The position numbers and the translations under genes were made by a program. The notes below the pieces were generated by a model that was given only the letters and a program-made list of their open reading frames with translations, had not been told where the DNA came from and did no database searches. Shown piece after piece: positions 55,692-64,000 of a DNA stretch of 64,000 nucleotides. Each line of letters starts with the position of its first letter. The stretch's first letter is position 1. Source of the stretch: Acutalibacteraceae bacterium (GTDB taxonomy: Bacteria > Bacillota > Clostridia > Oscillospirales > Acutalibacteraceae); assembly GCA_045604185.1 (NCBI GenBank), contig JAZUNO010000092.1, positions 24,956 to 88,955 of the forward strand. The letters are read 5' to 3'.

Positions 55692-55705
55692 TTTTCTGTT
55701 TTTAA

Positions 55706-56515
55706 TCATTCTTCGGTCTTGCTTACCTCAATTTTACCGTATCTTGAGGTTGCAACAGCATCTGAACGGGGAGGACGTGAAGGTGCAGCGGTCTGGGGCT
55801 TACTGTCTCTTCTGCGGTCTCTGTTATCACGGTTATATCCACCGCGTCCGCCTCTTCTGTCACCGTTTGTGGGCTTAAAGCCCTCTTCAAGAGTTATAAC
55901 AACCTTACGGTCATTCTCCGAACCGACTGAGTGAGAGCTTACACCCTCTATATCCTGAATTGTGGTATGAATGATGCGTCTCTCATACGGGTTCATGGGA
56001 TCAAGCACAACATTTCTGCCGTACTTCTTTACTCTTGCGGCATTCTTTGCAGCAAGATTGCGAAGAGTAGCCTCTCTCTTCTCACGGTAGTTGCCAATGT
56101 TAAGAGAAACTCTCTTTTTGGAATCATCAATACCCTTGTTTATAACAAGGCGTGTAAGATACTGAATAGCGTCTAAAGTTTCGCCTCTGCGGCCGATTGC
56201 TGCACCGTAGTCGCCTTCACATTCAACGCTGATACGGATTTCCTCATCCGTCTCGTCAAAGTTTATCTTTGCGTCCTCTATGCCAAGTCCGGAAAGTATA
56301 TTTTCAATATATTCCTGAGCATCGTTGGCACAAGCTACTTCATAGCTGACCTTAACCTTTGCGGGAGAGCCGCCGAAAATACCGAGAACCTTCTTTGCAG
56401 GCATCTCAAGTACTTCTATCGTTACATCCGCATCTGCGGATACGCCCAACTCCTTAAGAGCGGCTACCTTAGCCTCCTCAACGGTTGAAGCAGTTCCGAT
56501 TGCTTCCTTTATCAA
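55706..56515 (-). CDS. jag: Jag/KhpB (Jag_N, KH, R3H domains) with Arg/Gly-rich C-terminal tail
   Basis: R3H region LDPMNPYERRIIHTTIQDIEGVSSHSVG. TTG start at 56515, after AGGTGGTG. It has the conserved position after yidC. Confidence 0.85.
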   Translation of the reverse strand: MIKEAIGTASTVEEAKVAALKELGVSADADVTIEVLEMPAKKVLGIFGGSPAKVKVSYEVACANDAQEYIENILSGLGIEDAKINFDETDEEIRISVECEGDYGAAIGRRGETLDAIQYLTRLVINKGIDDSKKRVSLNIGNYREKREATLRNLAAKNAARVKKYGRNVVLDPMNPYERRIIHTTIQDIEGVSSHSVGSENDRKVVITLEEGFKPTNGDRRGGRGGYNRDNRDRRRDSKPQTAAPSRPPRSDAVATSRYGKIEVSKTEE

Positions 56516-56558
56516 CAGATTTCACCACCTGTAAAATATTAACTCGGAGCCGATTGGC

Positions 56559-57503
56559 TTATTCCTCGTTTATCTTTTGTGCCGCACGCTTAAGATTTTC
56601 TTCTCTTGAACGACGCTGCACCGTTTCGTCTACCATTAATTTTGCCACCATCTTCTTGGGGCTGTGAGTATATGAAAGAATAACTGTCTGGATAAAAGCG
56701 AAGATATTGGATGCTATCCAGTAAATACCGATACCCATCGGGAACTGGAATGTGAAATAAACAGAGAACAGGGGCATACCGAAAGTCATACAACCCATTG
56801 CAGGGTTCTTGGCCATCTCAGGGTTAGCCTGCTTCTGCTTCATCTGTGTAAACAAGCTTGTAGCCATGGATGTTACACCCGAAAGAATGGGAATCAACCA
56901 CATAAGGCTGGGGTCCTTTAATGACGGGGTTTGTCCAAGAGGGATTCCGAGGAATGTAAAATTAAACTCGGAAATAGTCTTGTACCATGCCTCAGGCACA
57001 TCTACAACAGATGCTATTTTATCTATATTATCAATCATATACAGCTGAATGGTACGTTCCTGCTGTGCCGGAATTTTACCACCCAAAATCTCTTTTGCAC
57101 CCTCATAAAGAGTGTTGATAACATCTTCGGGTACTGAAAGAGCATAGGTCAACGGCTTATAAATAACGCCGATAAGACCGAAAATTATTACAAACTGAAG
57201 TAACAGCGGAGCACAACCCATATTCATCGGATTATGTCCTTCACGCTGATAAAGAGCCTGCGTCTCTTCCTGAATTCGTTTCTGATCGCCCTTAAATCTG
57301 GTGTTAATTCTACGGAGCTTGGGCTGGAGACGCTGAGTTTTAACCGTTCCCTTAGTCTGATATATGGATGTGGGCAACATGAGAAGTCTTGCAAAAAGAG
57401 TGAAGAGTATAAGTGCAAGACCGTAATTGTTCACTGTGTCAAATATTAACTTAAGTACTACGCCGAACGGTACACCCAATATATCATAAATGGCGTTCAT
57501 CAT
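56559..57503 (-). CDS. yidC: YidC/SpoIIIJ membrane protein insertase
   Basis: The start was moved to ATG 57503, after GGAGG ([14 protein letters not shown]). It has 60 kDa_IMP family segments and a basic C-terminus. Confidence 0.9.
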   Translation of the reverse strand: MMNAIYDILGVPFGVVLKLIFDTVNNYGLALILFTLFARLLMLPTSIYQTKGTVKTQRLQPKLRRINTRFKGDQKRIQEETQALYQREGHNPMNMGCAPLLLQFVIIFGLIGVIYKPLTYALSVPEDVINTLYEGAKEILGGKIPAQQERTIQLYMIDNIDKIASVVDVPEAWYKTISEFNFTFLGIPLGQTPSLKDPSLMWLIPILSGVTSMATSLFTQMKQKQANPEMAKNPAMGCMTFGMPLFSVYFTFQFPMGIGIYWIASNIFAFIQTVILSYTHSPKKMVAKLMVDETVQRRSREENLKRAAQKINEE

Positions 57504-57750
57504 TATTTTGGTTCCTCCGGTTCGATTTTCTTCCCTTTTTAGGGGGAACAGGATCATAGCCGCCGGGGAATAGAATGTTGCATCTGAGCAGTCTGGCAAT
57601 TGTTAAAAGACTGCCCTTGAAGGCTCCGTGAACTTCAAGCGCTTCAATAGCGTACTGTGAGCAGGTAGGGTAATACCTGCACATATCGGGTAAAAGAGGT
57701 GATATACGCTTTCTGTAAAAACTTATTAGCTTGATTAGTAAATCCTTCAT
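57484..57750 (-). CDS. yidD: membrane protein insertion efficiency factor YidD
   Basis: [27 protein letters not shown] signature. Confidence 0.85.
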   Translation of the reverse strand: MKDLLIKLISFYRKRISPLLPDMCRYYPTCSQYAIEALEVHGAFKGSLLTIARLLRCNILFPGGYDPVPPKKGRKSNRRNQNNDERHL

Positions 57751-58109
57751 TTTTCTTCACTGAATAGCTTAATAACACCCAGAGCTTCCAACTGAGCGCG
57801 CATAACCGTTTGAATATCCGTACTTTTGAGCGCAACTGTCCTGTGACGGGCAACAAAGACAATATCCCAACTGCCTGTACACTTGTCCGCCATTTCTCTG
57901 TACGCCGCACGTATTATACGGCGACAACGGTTACGCTCCACAGCACTGCCGAGCTTCTTGCCGGTCGTTATGCCAACACGCACAGAGTTGTTTTTTGTCC
58001 TCAATGCATATGTGACAAGTGCCGACGCTGCAACTGACTTGCCGCGCCCGTAGGTTCTGCGAAAATCGCTGTTAAGCTTGAGTGTCTGATATTCTGCCAA
58101 AGCAATCAA
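57747..58109 (-). CDS. rnpA: ribonuclease P protein component
   Basis: [16 protein letters not shown]...RNRCRRIIR motifs. The start is non-ATG (TTG). It lies downstream of rpmH. Confidence 0.85.
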   Translation of the reverse strand: MIALAEYQTLKLNSDFRRTYGRGKSVAASALVTYALRTKNNSVRVGITTGKKLGSAVERNRCRRIIRAAYREMADKCTGSWDIVFVARHRTVALKSTDIQTVMRAQLEALGVIKLFSEEK

Positions 58110-58139
58110 TCCATCCGTGGCAATTAATCCGCTCTCTTA

Positions 58140-58274
58140 TTAGTAAGTGAGCTGCTTTCTGCCCTTAGCTCTGCGGCGGGCAAGAACCTTGCGTCCGTTT
58201 CTGTCAGACATTCTTTTGCGGAAGCCATGCTCCTTCTTACGGTGCAGCTTCTTAGGCTGGTAAGTTCTTTTCAT
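58140..58274 (-). CDS. rpmH: 50S ribosomal protein L34
   Basis: Below the ORF-track size cutoff. Own translation gives [44 protein letters not shown], with a GGAGG RBS. Confidence 0.95.
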   Translation of the reverse strand: MKRTYQPKKLHRKKEHGFRKRMSDRNGRKVLARRRAKGRKQLTY

Positions 58275-58425
58275 CTCGGTACCTCCGTTTCACAAATTAA
58301 TTTGTATCCCAAACAACTATCAAATATTCCGATAATTGACGTGACCTACCCTTGCAAGCTAACATTATATAACATTCTTAACATCAATGTCAATCTTTTT
58401 TTTAAGCTCTTGTGCAATATGCTTG

Positions 58426-58454
58426 TTGAAAAAAAAGGGGCATTGTGATATACT
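58426..58454 (+). promoter_or_regulatory. dnaA promoter, TTGAAA-17-TATACT with TG extension
   Basis: TTGAAA at 58426-58431 and TGATATACT ending at 58454. Confidence 0.55.
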
Positions 58455-58515
58455 TTTTGTTATTATGGGGTTAGTCGTTTTTATATTAGCATTTAATGTA
58501 TAGGAGGAACCGGTT

Positions 58516-59856
58516 TTGGATTCATTTAAAGAAATGTGGCAAATCGTATATAAACAACTTCAACAAAGCTCCTCGGAAGCTATATTTAATGTATGGTTCA
58601 GTGACCTTGAACCCGTAAGCTTTGACGGAAACAAAGTTACACTTTTGACTACTGCGGATTTTAAACGCCGCATTATTATCCAGAAATTCTATGATACAAT
58701 TTCGGATGCATTCGAGAGCGTCCTCGGTTTCAAGGTAGAAATTGAAATCGTAGCACCCGGCGAGGGCGAGTCCGCAAGTGAAGTGCACGCATCTCAAAAC
58801 GATGCACCTTCAAAAAAGGATGACGGCAAACGTGCTTCAAATTATTTTGAGAATACATTTGACACTTTCGTTGTCGGTTCTTCAAATAAATTTGCTCACG
58901 CCGCAGCTCAGGCTGTTGCCGCAAATCCCGGCAAGGCATACAACCCACTCTTTATATACGGTAACTCCGGTCTTGGCAAAACTCACCTTTTGAACGCTAT
59001 TTGCCATGAGATTCTCAGAAATAACCCCGATATAAAAATCGTACTTACAGACGGTGAATCTTTCACAAACGAATTTATCGCCGCCCTGGCAAAACAAACC
59101 ACCGCTGCTTTCCAGAACAAATACCGCAGCGCTGACGTTCTGCTCATGGACGACGTGCAGTTCATCGCCAACAAAGAGCGTACACAGGAGGAATTCTTCC
59201 ACACATTCAACGCTCTGACTCAGGACGGAAAACAGATCGTTCTTTCATCCGACCGTCCGCCAAAAGATATGGCTCTGCTTGAGGACAGGCTCCGTACACG
59301 TTTTGAATGGGGTCTTTTAGCCGACGTTCAACCGCCGGATCTTGAGACACGTATGGTCATCGTCAAGAGAAAAGCAGATGCTCTTAATTTCGCAATAACC
59401 GACGACGTCGTGGAATACATAGCCGAAAAGCTCAAGAGCAATATCCGTCAGCTTGAAAGTGCTGTTAAAAAGATGCAGGCATATGTCACAATTCAGGGTG
59501 CACATATCAACACTGCTACCGCTCAGCAGGCTATCAAGGATATCCTGAGCGACAACAAGCCTCTTCCCGTTGTTGTCGAGAAAATTGTCAGCGAAGTTGC
59601 CAGAACTTACGGTGCAAATCCCGATGACCTTCGCTCAAAGAAAAAGGATGCCCAGACCTCAAAGCTTCGCCAGATAGCTATGTATATAGTACGCGAAGTC
59701 ACCGGCCTTTCATCCAAAGCAATCGGTGCAGAGTTCGGCGGCAGACATTATTCAACAGTCCTCTATGCCCTTGAAGAAATAAAGGCTGAGATTGAAAAAG
59801 ACTCCGTTCTCAGAACCACCGTTAATGACATTATCAAGAACGTTCAGGAAGACTGA
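58516..59856 (+). CDS. dnaA: chromosomal replication initiator protein DnaA
   Basis: AAA+ motifs YGNSGLGKTHL and LLMDDVQF, plus a C-terminal DNA-binding domain (SKAIGAEFGGRHYSTVLYA). TTG start 8 nt after GGAGG. Confidence 0.97.
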   Translation: MDSFKEMWQIVYKQLQQSSSEAIFNVWFSDLEPVSFDGNKVTLLTTADFKRRIIIQKFYDTISDAFESVLGFKVEIEIVAPGEGESASEVHASQNDAPSKKDDGKRASNYFENTFDTFVVGSSNKFAHAAAQAVAANPGKAYNPLFIYGNSGLGKTHLLNAICHEILRNNPDIKIVLTDGESFTNEFIAALAKQTTAAFQNKYRSADVLLMDDVQFIANKERTQEEFFHTFNALTQDGKQIVLSSDRPPKDMALLEDRLRTRFEWGLLADVQPPDLETRMVIVKRKADALNFAITDDVVEYIAEKLKSNIRQLESAVKKMQAYVTIQGAHINTATAQQAIKDILSDNKPLPVVVEKIVSEVARTYGANPDDLRSKKKDAQTSKLRQIAMYIVREVTGLSSKAIGAEFGGRHYSTVLYALEEIKAEIEKDSVLRTTVNDIIKNVQED

Positions 59857-59903
59857 TATACATTCTAAATCCTTTTATTCTATCCCGGAAAGGAAAATGC
59901 AAC

Positions 59904-61283
59904 ATGAGTTGTTCAAAGTTTCATGAAGAATGCGGAGTTTTCGGTATCTATGGCGATGCCGATATAGAACCTGCCAGAGCTGTCTATCTCGGACTCTATG
60001 CTCTGCAACACCGCGGACAGGAAAGTTGCGGTATTGCTGTCAGCGACATGGGTGTTATAGACTTTCATAAGGATATGGGCCTCGTCGGTGAAGTTTTCGA
60101 CGAAGCAACATTAAGCAAACTTAAGGGCCAGATAGCCATAGGACACGTACGCTACTCAACAAGAGGCAACGCCATGGTTGAAAACAGCCAACCTACAGTT
60201 TTGCGTTATGCTAAAGGCAGACTTGCAATAGCCCACAATGGCAGTATAGTAAATGCTAAAGAAATCCGTGACTCTCTGGCGGAGAGCGGAGCTATGTTCC
60301 AGACTACCGCCGATTCTGAGCTCATAGCTCAGGTTATAGCAAAACACCGCACAAAAACGCACAGCATCGAAGATGCTTTAGTCAGTGCAATGCCTTCTAT
60401 CAAAGGTGCTTACTGTGTGCTTCTTATGAGCCCCCGCAAGCTCGTTGCCGCAAGAGACCCTATGGGGTTCCGTCCGCTTGTAATAGGTAAGCTCCGCAAT
60501 TCCTATGTTGTAGCCTCGGAGACCTGTGCTCTTGATGCTATACAGGCAGAGTTTGTGCGTGATGTTGCTCCCGGTGAGGTTGTCGTTATCGATAGCTGGG
60601 GACTTCATTCAATCAAAACCAACTGCCCGAATGATGACTCAACCAGAAGAACATGTATTTTTGAATATATCTATTTTGCAAGACCCGACAGCGTTATCGA
60701 CGGCATAAACGTTCACGCATCACGCCTTAAGGCCGGTGAACTGCTTGCCAAACAGCATCCCGTAGAGGCAGATATCGTTATACCCGTCCCCGATTCAGGA
60801 ATAGATGCCGCAATAGGATATGCACGTGGCAGCGGCATTCCCTACGGAGTAGGCTTTGTACGCAACAACTACGTCGGCAGAACTTTTATAAAGCCCAGCC
60901 AGCAGATGCGCAGAGAGAGCATCGATATCAAACTTACCGCCATGTCACAGAGTGTAAAGGGCAAGAGAGTTATAATGGTCGATGATTCTATCGTCAGAGG
61001 CTCAACAAGTGCTAACATTATCAGACTCCTCAAAAAAGCTGGTGCAACAGAGGTCCACGTGAGAATAAGCTCACCTACCCTCCACTGGCCCTGCTACTAC
61101 GGCACAGATATTCCCACCCGTGAGGAACTGACTTCAAACCATAATACAGTAGAACAGCTCTGTGAGCTGATAGGTGCCGATTCGCTCGGATTTTTGGACA
61201 AAAACAGTCTGGGTGAACTCGTCAATGCAAAGTGTAAAAACTATTGTGACGCCTGCTTTACAGGCGATTATCCCGTGAAATAA
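59904..61283 (+). CDS. purF: amidophosphoribosyltransferase
   Basis: The N-terminus ...ECGVFGIYG has the Ntn Cys. It also has a PRPP-binding VIMVDDSIVRGST and C-terminal Cys ligands. Confidence 0.95.
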   Translation: MSCSKFHEECGVFGIYGDADIEPARAVYLGLYALQHRGQESCGIAVSDMGVIDFHKDMGLVGEVFDEATLSKLKGQIAIGHVRYSTRGNAMVENSQPTVLRYAKGRLAIAHNGSIVNAKEIRDSLAESGAMFQTTADSELIAQVIAKHRTKTHSIEDALVSAMPSIKGAYCVLLMSPRKLVAARDPMGFRPLVIGKLRNSYVVASETCALDAIQAEFVRDVAPGEVVVIDSWGLHSIKTNCPNDDSTRRTCIFEYIYFARPDSVIDGINVHASRLKAGELLAKQHPVEADIVIPVPDSGIDAAIGYARGSGIPYGVGFVRNNYVGRTFIKPSQQMRRESIDIKLTAMSQSVKGKRVIMVDDSIVRGSTSANIIRLLKKAGATEVHVRISSPTLHWPCYYGTDIPTREELTSNHNTVEQLCELIGADSLGFLDKNSLGELVNAKCKNYCDACFTGDYPVK

Positions 61284-61305
61284 TATAACTGTATAAGCGG
61301 ACGGA

Positions 61306-61351
61306 GAAATTCACAGGTTCTCATAACGCAGTATCACACAAAATTTCCGCT
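61306..61351 (+). repeat. 46-bp direct repeat, copy 1
   Basis: GAAATTCACAGGTTCTCATAACGCAGTATCACACAAAATTTCCGCT, identical to 61440-61485. Confidence 0.95.
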
Positions 61352-61439
61352 TACACAGATCAAACGAGGACTGAGAAATTTTGCGTGAGACAAGGCTTGA
61401 GGTTCTGGGAATGAGGGAGCGTACTTTGTGTACGTGACC

Positions 61440-61485
61440 GAAATTCACAGGTTCTCATAACGCAGTATCACACAAAATTTCCGCT
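61440..61485 (+). repeat. 46-bp direct repeat, copy 2 (ends 22 nt before the ftsY ATG)
   Basis: Identical to 61306-61351, with a 134-bp period. Confidence 0.95.
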
Positions 61486-61507
61486 GTCCGATTAAAGGAG
61501 TAGTACA

Positions 61508-62455
61508 ATGGGGCTTTTTAAACGCATAAACCAAGGTCTTAAAAAGACAAGAGAAAATATGTCCGTGGCAATAGACTCTATGTTCCATGGCAAAACAGAG
61601 ATTGACGAGGAGTTCTATGAAGAGCTGGAAGAAATACTCGTCATGGGCGACGTAGGTGTAGCGACCGCTATGGAGATAACAGAAAAGCTCCGTGAACTCG
61701 TTGCAAAAAAACATCTCAGAAAACCCGACGAGGTAAAGGCCGCTATAAAGGATATTGTTGCCGAATTGCTCGAGGGCGGTGAAGAGATGGAGCTCGTCAC
61801 CATGCCTGCAGTTATTCTTGTAATCGGTGTAAACGGCGTAGGCAAAACGACATCTATCGGCAAGCTTGCGGCTATGTATAAGGCACAGGGCAAAAAGGTT
61901 ATTCTTGCTGCCGCTGACACATTCCGTGCCGCAGCTATCGAACAGCTTGAAGAATGGGCGGCACGTGCCGACGTTGATATTGTAAAACACCGTGAGGGTG
62001 CAGACCCTGCAGCTGTTATATTTGACACAATTCAGGCAGGTATCGCCAGAGATGCCGATATTATAATCTGCGACACCGCAGGCAGACTCCACAACAAGAA
62101 AAATCTTATGGAGGAGCTTGCAAAAATCTACCGTGTTATAGACCGTGAGTTGCCGTACAGCGACCGTGAAAGTCTGCTCGTACTCGATGCCACAACAGGT
62201 CAGAATGCCGTAAATCAGGCAAAAGAGTTCAAGAATGTCGCTGACATAACAGGTATTATTCTCACAAAGCTTGACGGAACAGCTAAGGGTGGCGTTGTGC
62301 TCAACATCAAGAATGAGCTCGGTGTTCCCGTAAAGTTCGTCGGAGTCGGCGAAAAAATAGATGACCTTCGCCCGTTCAATCCGCAGGCTTTTGCCCAAGG
62401 TCTTTTTGATGCGGATACAGATGACGATGACGAAAACGAAGAAGACGAAGATTAA
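61508..62455 (+). CDS. ftsY: signal recognition particle receptor FtsY
   Basis: NG domain with [14 protein letters not shown] and TKLDG motifs. AAAGGAG RBS. Confidence 0.95.
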   Translation: MGLFKRINQGLKKTRENMSVAIDSMFHGKTEIDEEFYEELEEILVMGDVGVATAMEITEKLRELVAKKHLRKPDEVKAAIKDIVAELLEGGEEMELVTMPAVILVIGVNGVGKTTSIGKLAAMYKAQGKKVILAAADTFRAAAIEQLEEWAARADVDIVKHREGADPAAVIFDTIQAGIARDADIIICDTAGRLHNKKNLMEELAKIYRVIDRELPYSDRESLLVLDATTGQNAVNQAKEFKNVADITGIILTKLDGTAKGGVVLNIKNELGVPVKFVGVGEKIDDLRPFNPQAFAQGLFDADTDDDDENEEDED

Positions 62456-62471
62456 TCGAGAGGAAATACAC

Positions 62472-63068
62472 ATGGATTTCTTAATTGCTACACATAATAT
62501 GAAAAAGCGTGATGAGCTCAGCCGCATCTTAAAACCCATCGGCGTAAATGTTTTGCTTGCTGAGGAGGCAGGTGTTGACCTTACTGACGTTGAGGAAACC
62601 GGCACAACCTTTGAAGAAAACGCATACTTAAAGGCGCAAGGTGGCTGTGATGAAAGCGGTATGCCCTGCATAGCTGACGATTCAGGTCTTGCGGTCGATG
62701 CACTCGACGGTGCCCCCGGAGTATATTCAGCACGCTATTCAGGTGAACACGGCAACGATGATAAAAACAACGAGCTTTTGCTCGAGAATCTTAAAGATGT
62801 ACCTCTTGAAAAACGTACAGCACGTTTCGTTTCCGCTGTATGTTGCGTATTCCCCGACGGCAGAAAAATCACCGTACGCGGTGAAGTTGAGGGCAAAATC
62901 GCATTTGGTCTCAAAGGTTGCAACGGATTCGGATATGATCCGATGTTTTTACCCGATGCATTTCCGGGCAAGACCATGGCTGAACTCACAGCCGAAGAGA
63001 AAGATTCCATAAGCCACAGAGGTAACGCACTTCGTCTTCTGTGCAAACAGCTGGAGGAGATTTTATGA
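62472..63068 (+). CDS. rdgB: dITP/XTP pyrophosphatase (RdgB/HAM1 family)
   Basis: The start was moved to ATG 62472 (MDFLIATHNMKKRDEL). It has ...ADDSGL...GAPGVYSAR...FGYDP... motifs. Confidence 0.9.
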   Translation: MDFLIATHNMKKRDELSRILKPIGVNVLLAEEAGVDLTDVEETGTTFEENAYLKAQGGCDESGMPCIADDSGLAVDALDGAPGVYSARYSGEHGNDDKNNELLLENLKDVPLEKRTARFVSAVCCVFPDGRKITVRGEVEGKIAFGLKGCNGFGYDPMFLPDAFPGKTMAELTAEEKDSISHRGNALRLLCKQLEEIL

Positions 63069-63505
63069 CAAGCAAAGAGAGAGCCGCATTGCGTGCCCAG
63101 GCAAACAGTCTTGAACCGCTCTTTCAGGTCGGTAAAGGCGGAGTAAACGATGCCCTTATAGCACAGACCGAGGATGCTTTCCGCACCCGTGAGCTTTTAA
63201 AGCTCAAAGTACTGTTGGAAACAGCACCCAAGTCACCACGCGAAATTGCAGAGGAAATAGCAAAGGCCACTAACTCCGAAGTAGTTCAGGTAGTCGGCGG
63301 AAGCATGATTTTCTACAGAGAGAACCCCGAACTCAATGACCCTAAGCCCAAGAAAGCAAAAACCTCAAAGAACACTATAAAGGGTACAAAGAATCCTAAC
63401 CGCCGTTCCGTCAGGGTCGCAAAAGCTAAAAAGGCCGCCGCAGAACGTAAAACTGCAGCTATACGCAAGGCAGAACGCAACCGCCGCAAGAACGCTGATA
63501 TATAA
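63065..63505 (+). CDS. yhbY: YhbY-family (CRM domain) RNA-binding protein with Lys/Arg-rich C-terminal extension
   Basis: The start is ATG 63065, overlapping the rdgB stop (ATGA). LRAQANSLEPLFQVGKGGV is the YhbY signature. Confidence 0.8.
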   Translation: MTSKERAALRAQANSLEPLFQVGKGGVNDALIAQTEDAFRTRELLKLKVLLETAPKSPREIAEEIAKATNSEVVQVVGGSMIFYRENPELNDPKPKKAKTSKNTIKGTKNPNRRSVRVAKAKKAAAERKTAAIRKAERNRRKNADI

Positions 63506-63586
63506 TGTATAGGGCATGTGTCCCTAATAAACAACCAAAAAACGGTTAAAATAATTATAATCACGGGTGGATTAGCAAAAAAATGC

Positions 63587-63615
63587 TTTACAAATCCATT
63601 TTGTGCTGTTATAAT
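63587..63615 (+). promoter_or_regulatory. rpsO promoter, TTTACA-17-TATAAT with TG extension
   Basis: TTTACA at 63587-63592 and TGTTATAAT ending at 63615. It is followed by a leader of about 100 nt. Confidence 0.6.
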
Positions 63616-63719
63616 ACATTTGTATGCGTCCGTTTCTCGGCTTATGGACTAAACCGCAAAGCGGTTATCACCTGCCTTAGGCTGGGTTCCGGAGCAAAAT
63701 AAAAAATGAGGTGAAAAAA

Positions 63720-63983
63720 ATGACACAGGCTGAAAAAACCGCAATCATGCAAGAGTATGCTCGTCACGAGGGCGACACAGGTTCTCCCGAAGTTCAGATA
63801 GCTGTTCTCACAAAGAGAATCCGCGACCTGACAGACCATCTTAAAGAGCATCCGAAGGATCACCATTCACGCAGAGGTCTGCTTAAAATGGTCGGTCACA
63901 GACGTAACCTTCTGGCATATCTTCAGAAGATTGACATTGAGCGTTACCGTTCAATCATCGCCAGACTCGGTATCCGTAAATAA
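63720..63983 (+). CDS. rpsO: 30S ribosomal protein S15
   Basis: [34 protein letters not shown]...[14 protein letters not shown]. The start was chosen at ATG 63720, after GAGGTG. Confidence 0.95.
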   Translation: MTQAEKTAIMQEYARHEGDTGSPEVQIAVLTKRIRDLTDHLKEHPKDHHSRRGLLKMVGHRRNLLAYLQKIDIERYRSIIARLGIRK

Positions 63984-64000
63984 TTGCAAAGCTGAGCAGG

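Noticed and set aside
58227-58448. 73-aa ORF in the rpmH-dnaA spacer
   Set aside because: It overlaps the rpmH 5' end and the dnaA promoter, and it has no RBS. Origin-region spacers are non-coding in characterised Firmicutes.
61445-62671. 408-aa ORF on the minus strand
   Set aside because: It lies entirely antisense to ftsY, whose NG-domain motifs are unambiguous. Its translation is low-complexity and Cys/Phe-rich, with no RBS, so it is a shadow ORF.
63616-63719. rpsO leader as an S15 autoregulatory structure
   Set aside because: This is plausible on general grounds, since S15 autoregulates in many bacteria. However, I could not derive a convincing three-way junction or pseudoknot by eye, so it is left uncalled.

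Overview
This window looks like the replication-origin region of a spore-forming Firmicute, probably Clostridia-like. The core is rpmH-rnpA-yidD-yidC-jag on the minus strand, diverging from dnaA on the plus strand. Gene orientation switches at about 58.3 kb. About 60 protein genes are supported. They include spo0A and spoIVB, lexA and dinB, and a WalRK-like two-component pair followed by an HtrA-type protease. Also present are cimA-leuCD, prfA-sua5-coaE, mnmA, purF, ftsY, rdgB, yhbY and rpsO. There is a GntR-linked glycerol-3-phosphate-dehydrogenase-like operon and a four-gene oxidoreductase/TIM-barrel sugar cassette. Several cell-wall enzymes are encoded (M23, SLT, SleB-like, LCP, MltG-like). 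I saw no rRNA, tRNA, CRISPR array, transposase or prophage genes. RNA and regulatory elements readable from the sequence are a yybP-ykoY Mn2+ riboswitch ahead of mntP, SOS boxes at lexA and dinB, two 0A boxes upstream of spo0A, many near-consensus sigma-A promoters, and intrinsic terminators. The most unusual unexplained signals are three. One is an orphan terminator-capped transcript with duplicated C-rich motifs at 27.65-27.8 kb. The second is a perfect 46-bp direct repeat in front of ftsY. The third is an origin locus with no adjacent dnaN and no obvious DnaA boxes. No clearly novel multi-gene system is evident, and all functional calls come from motif recognition by eye, not database searches.
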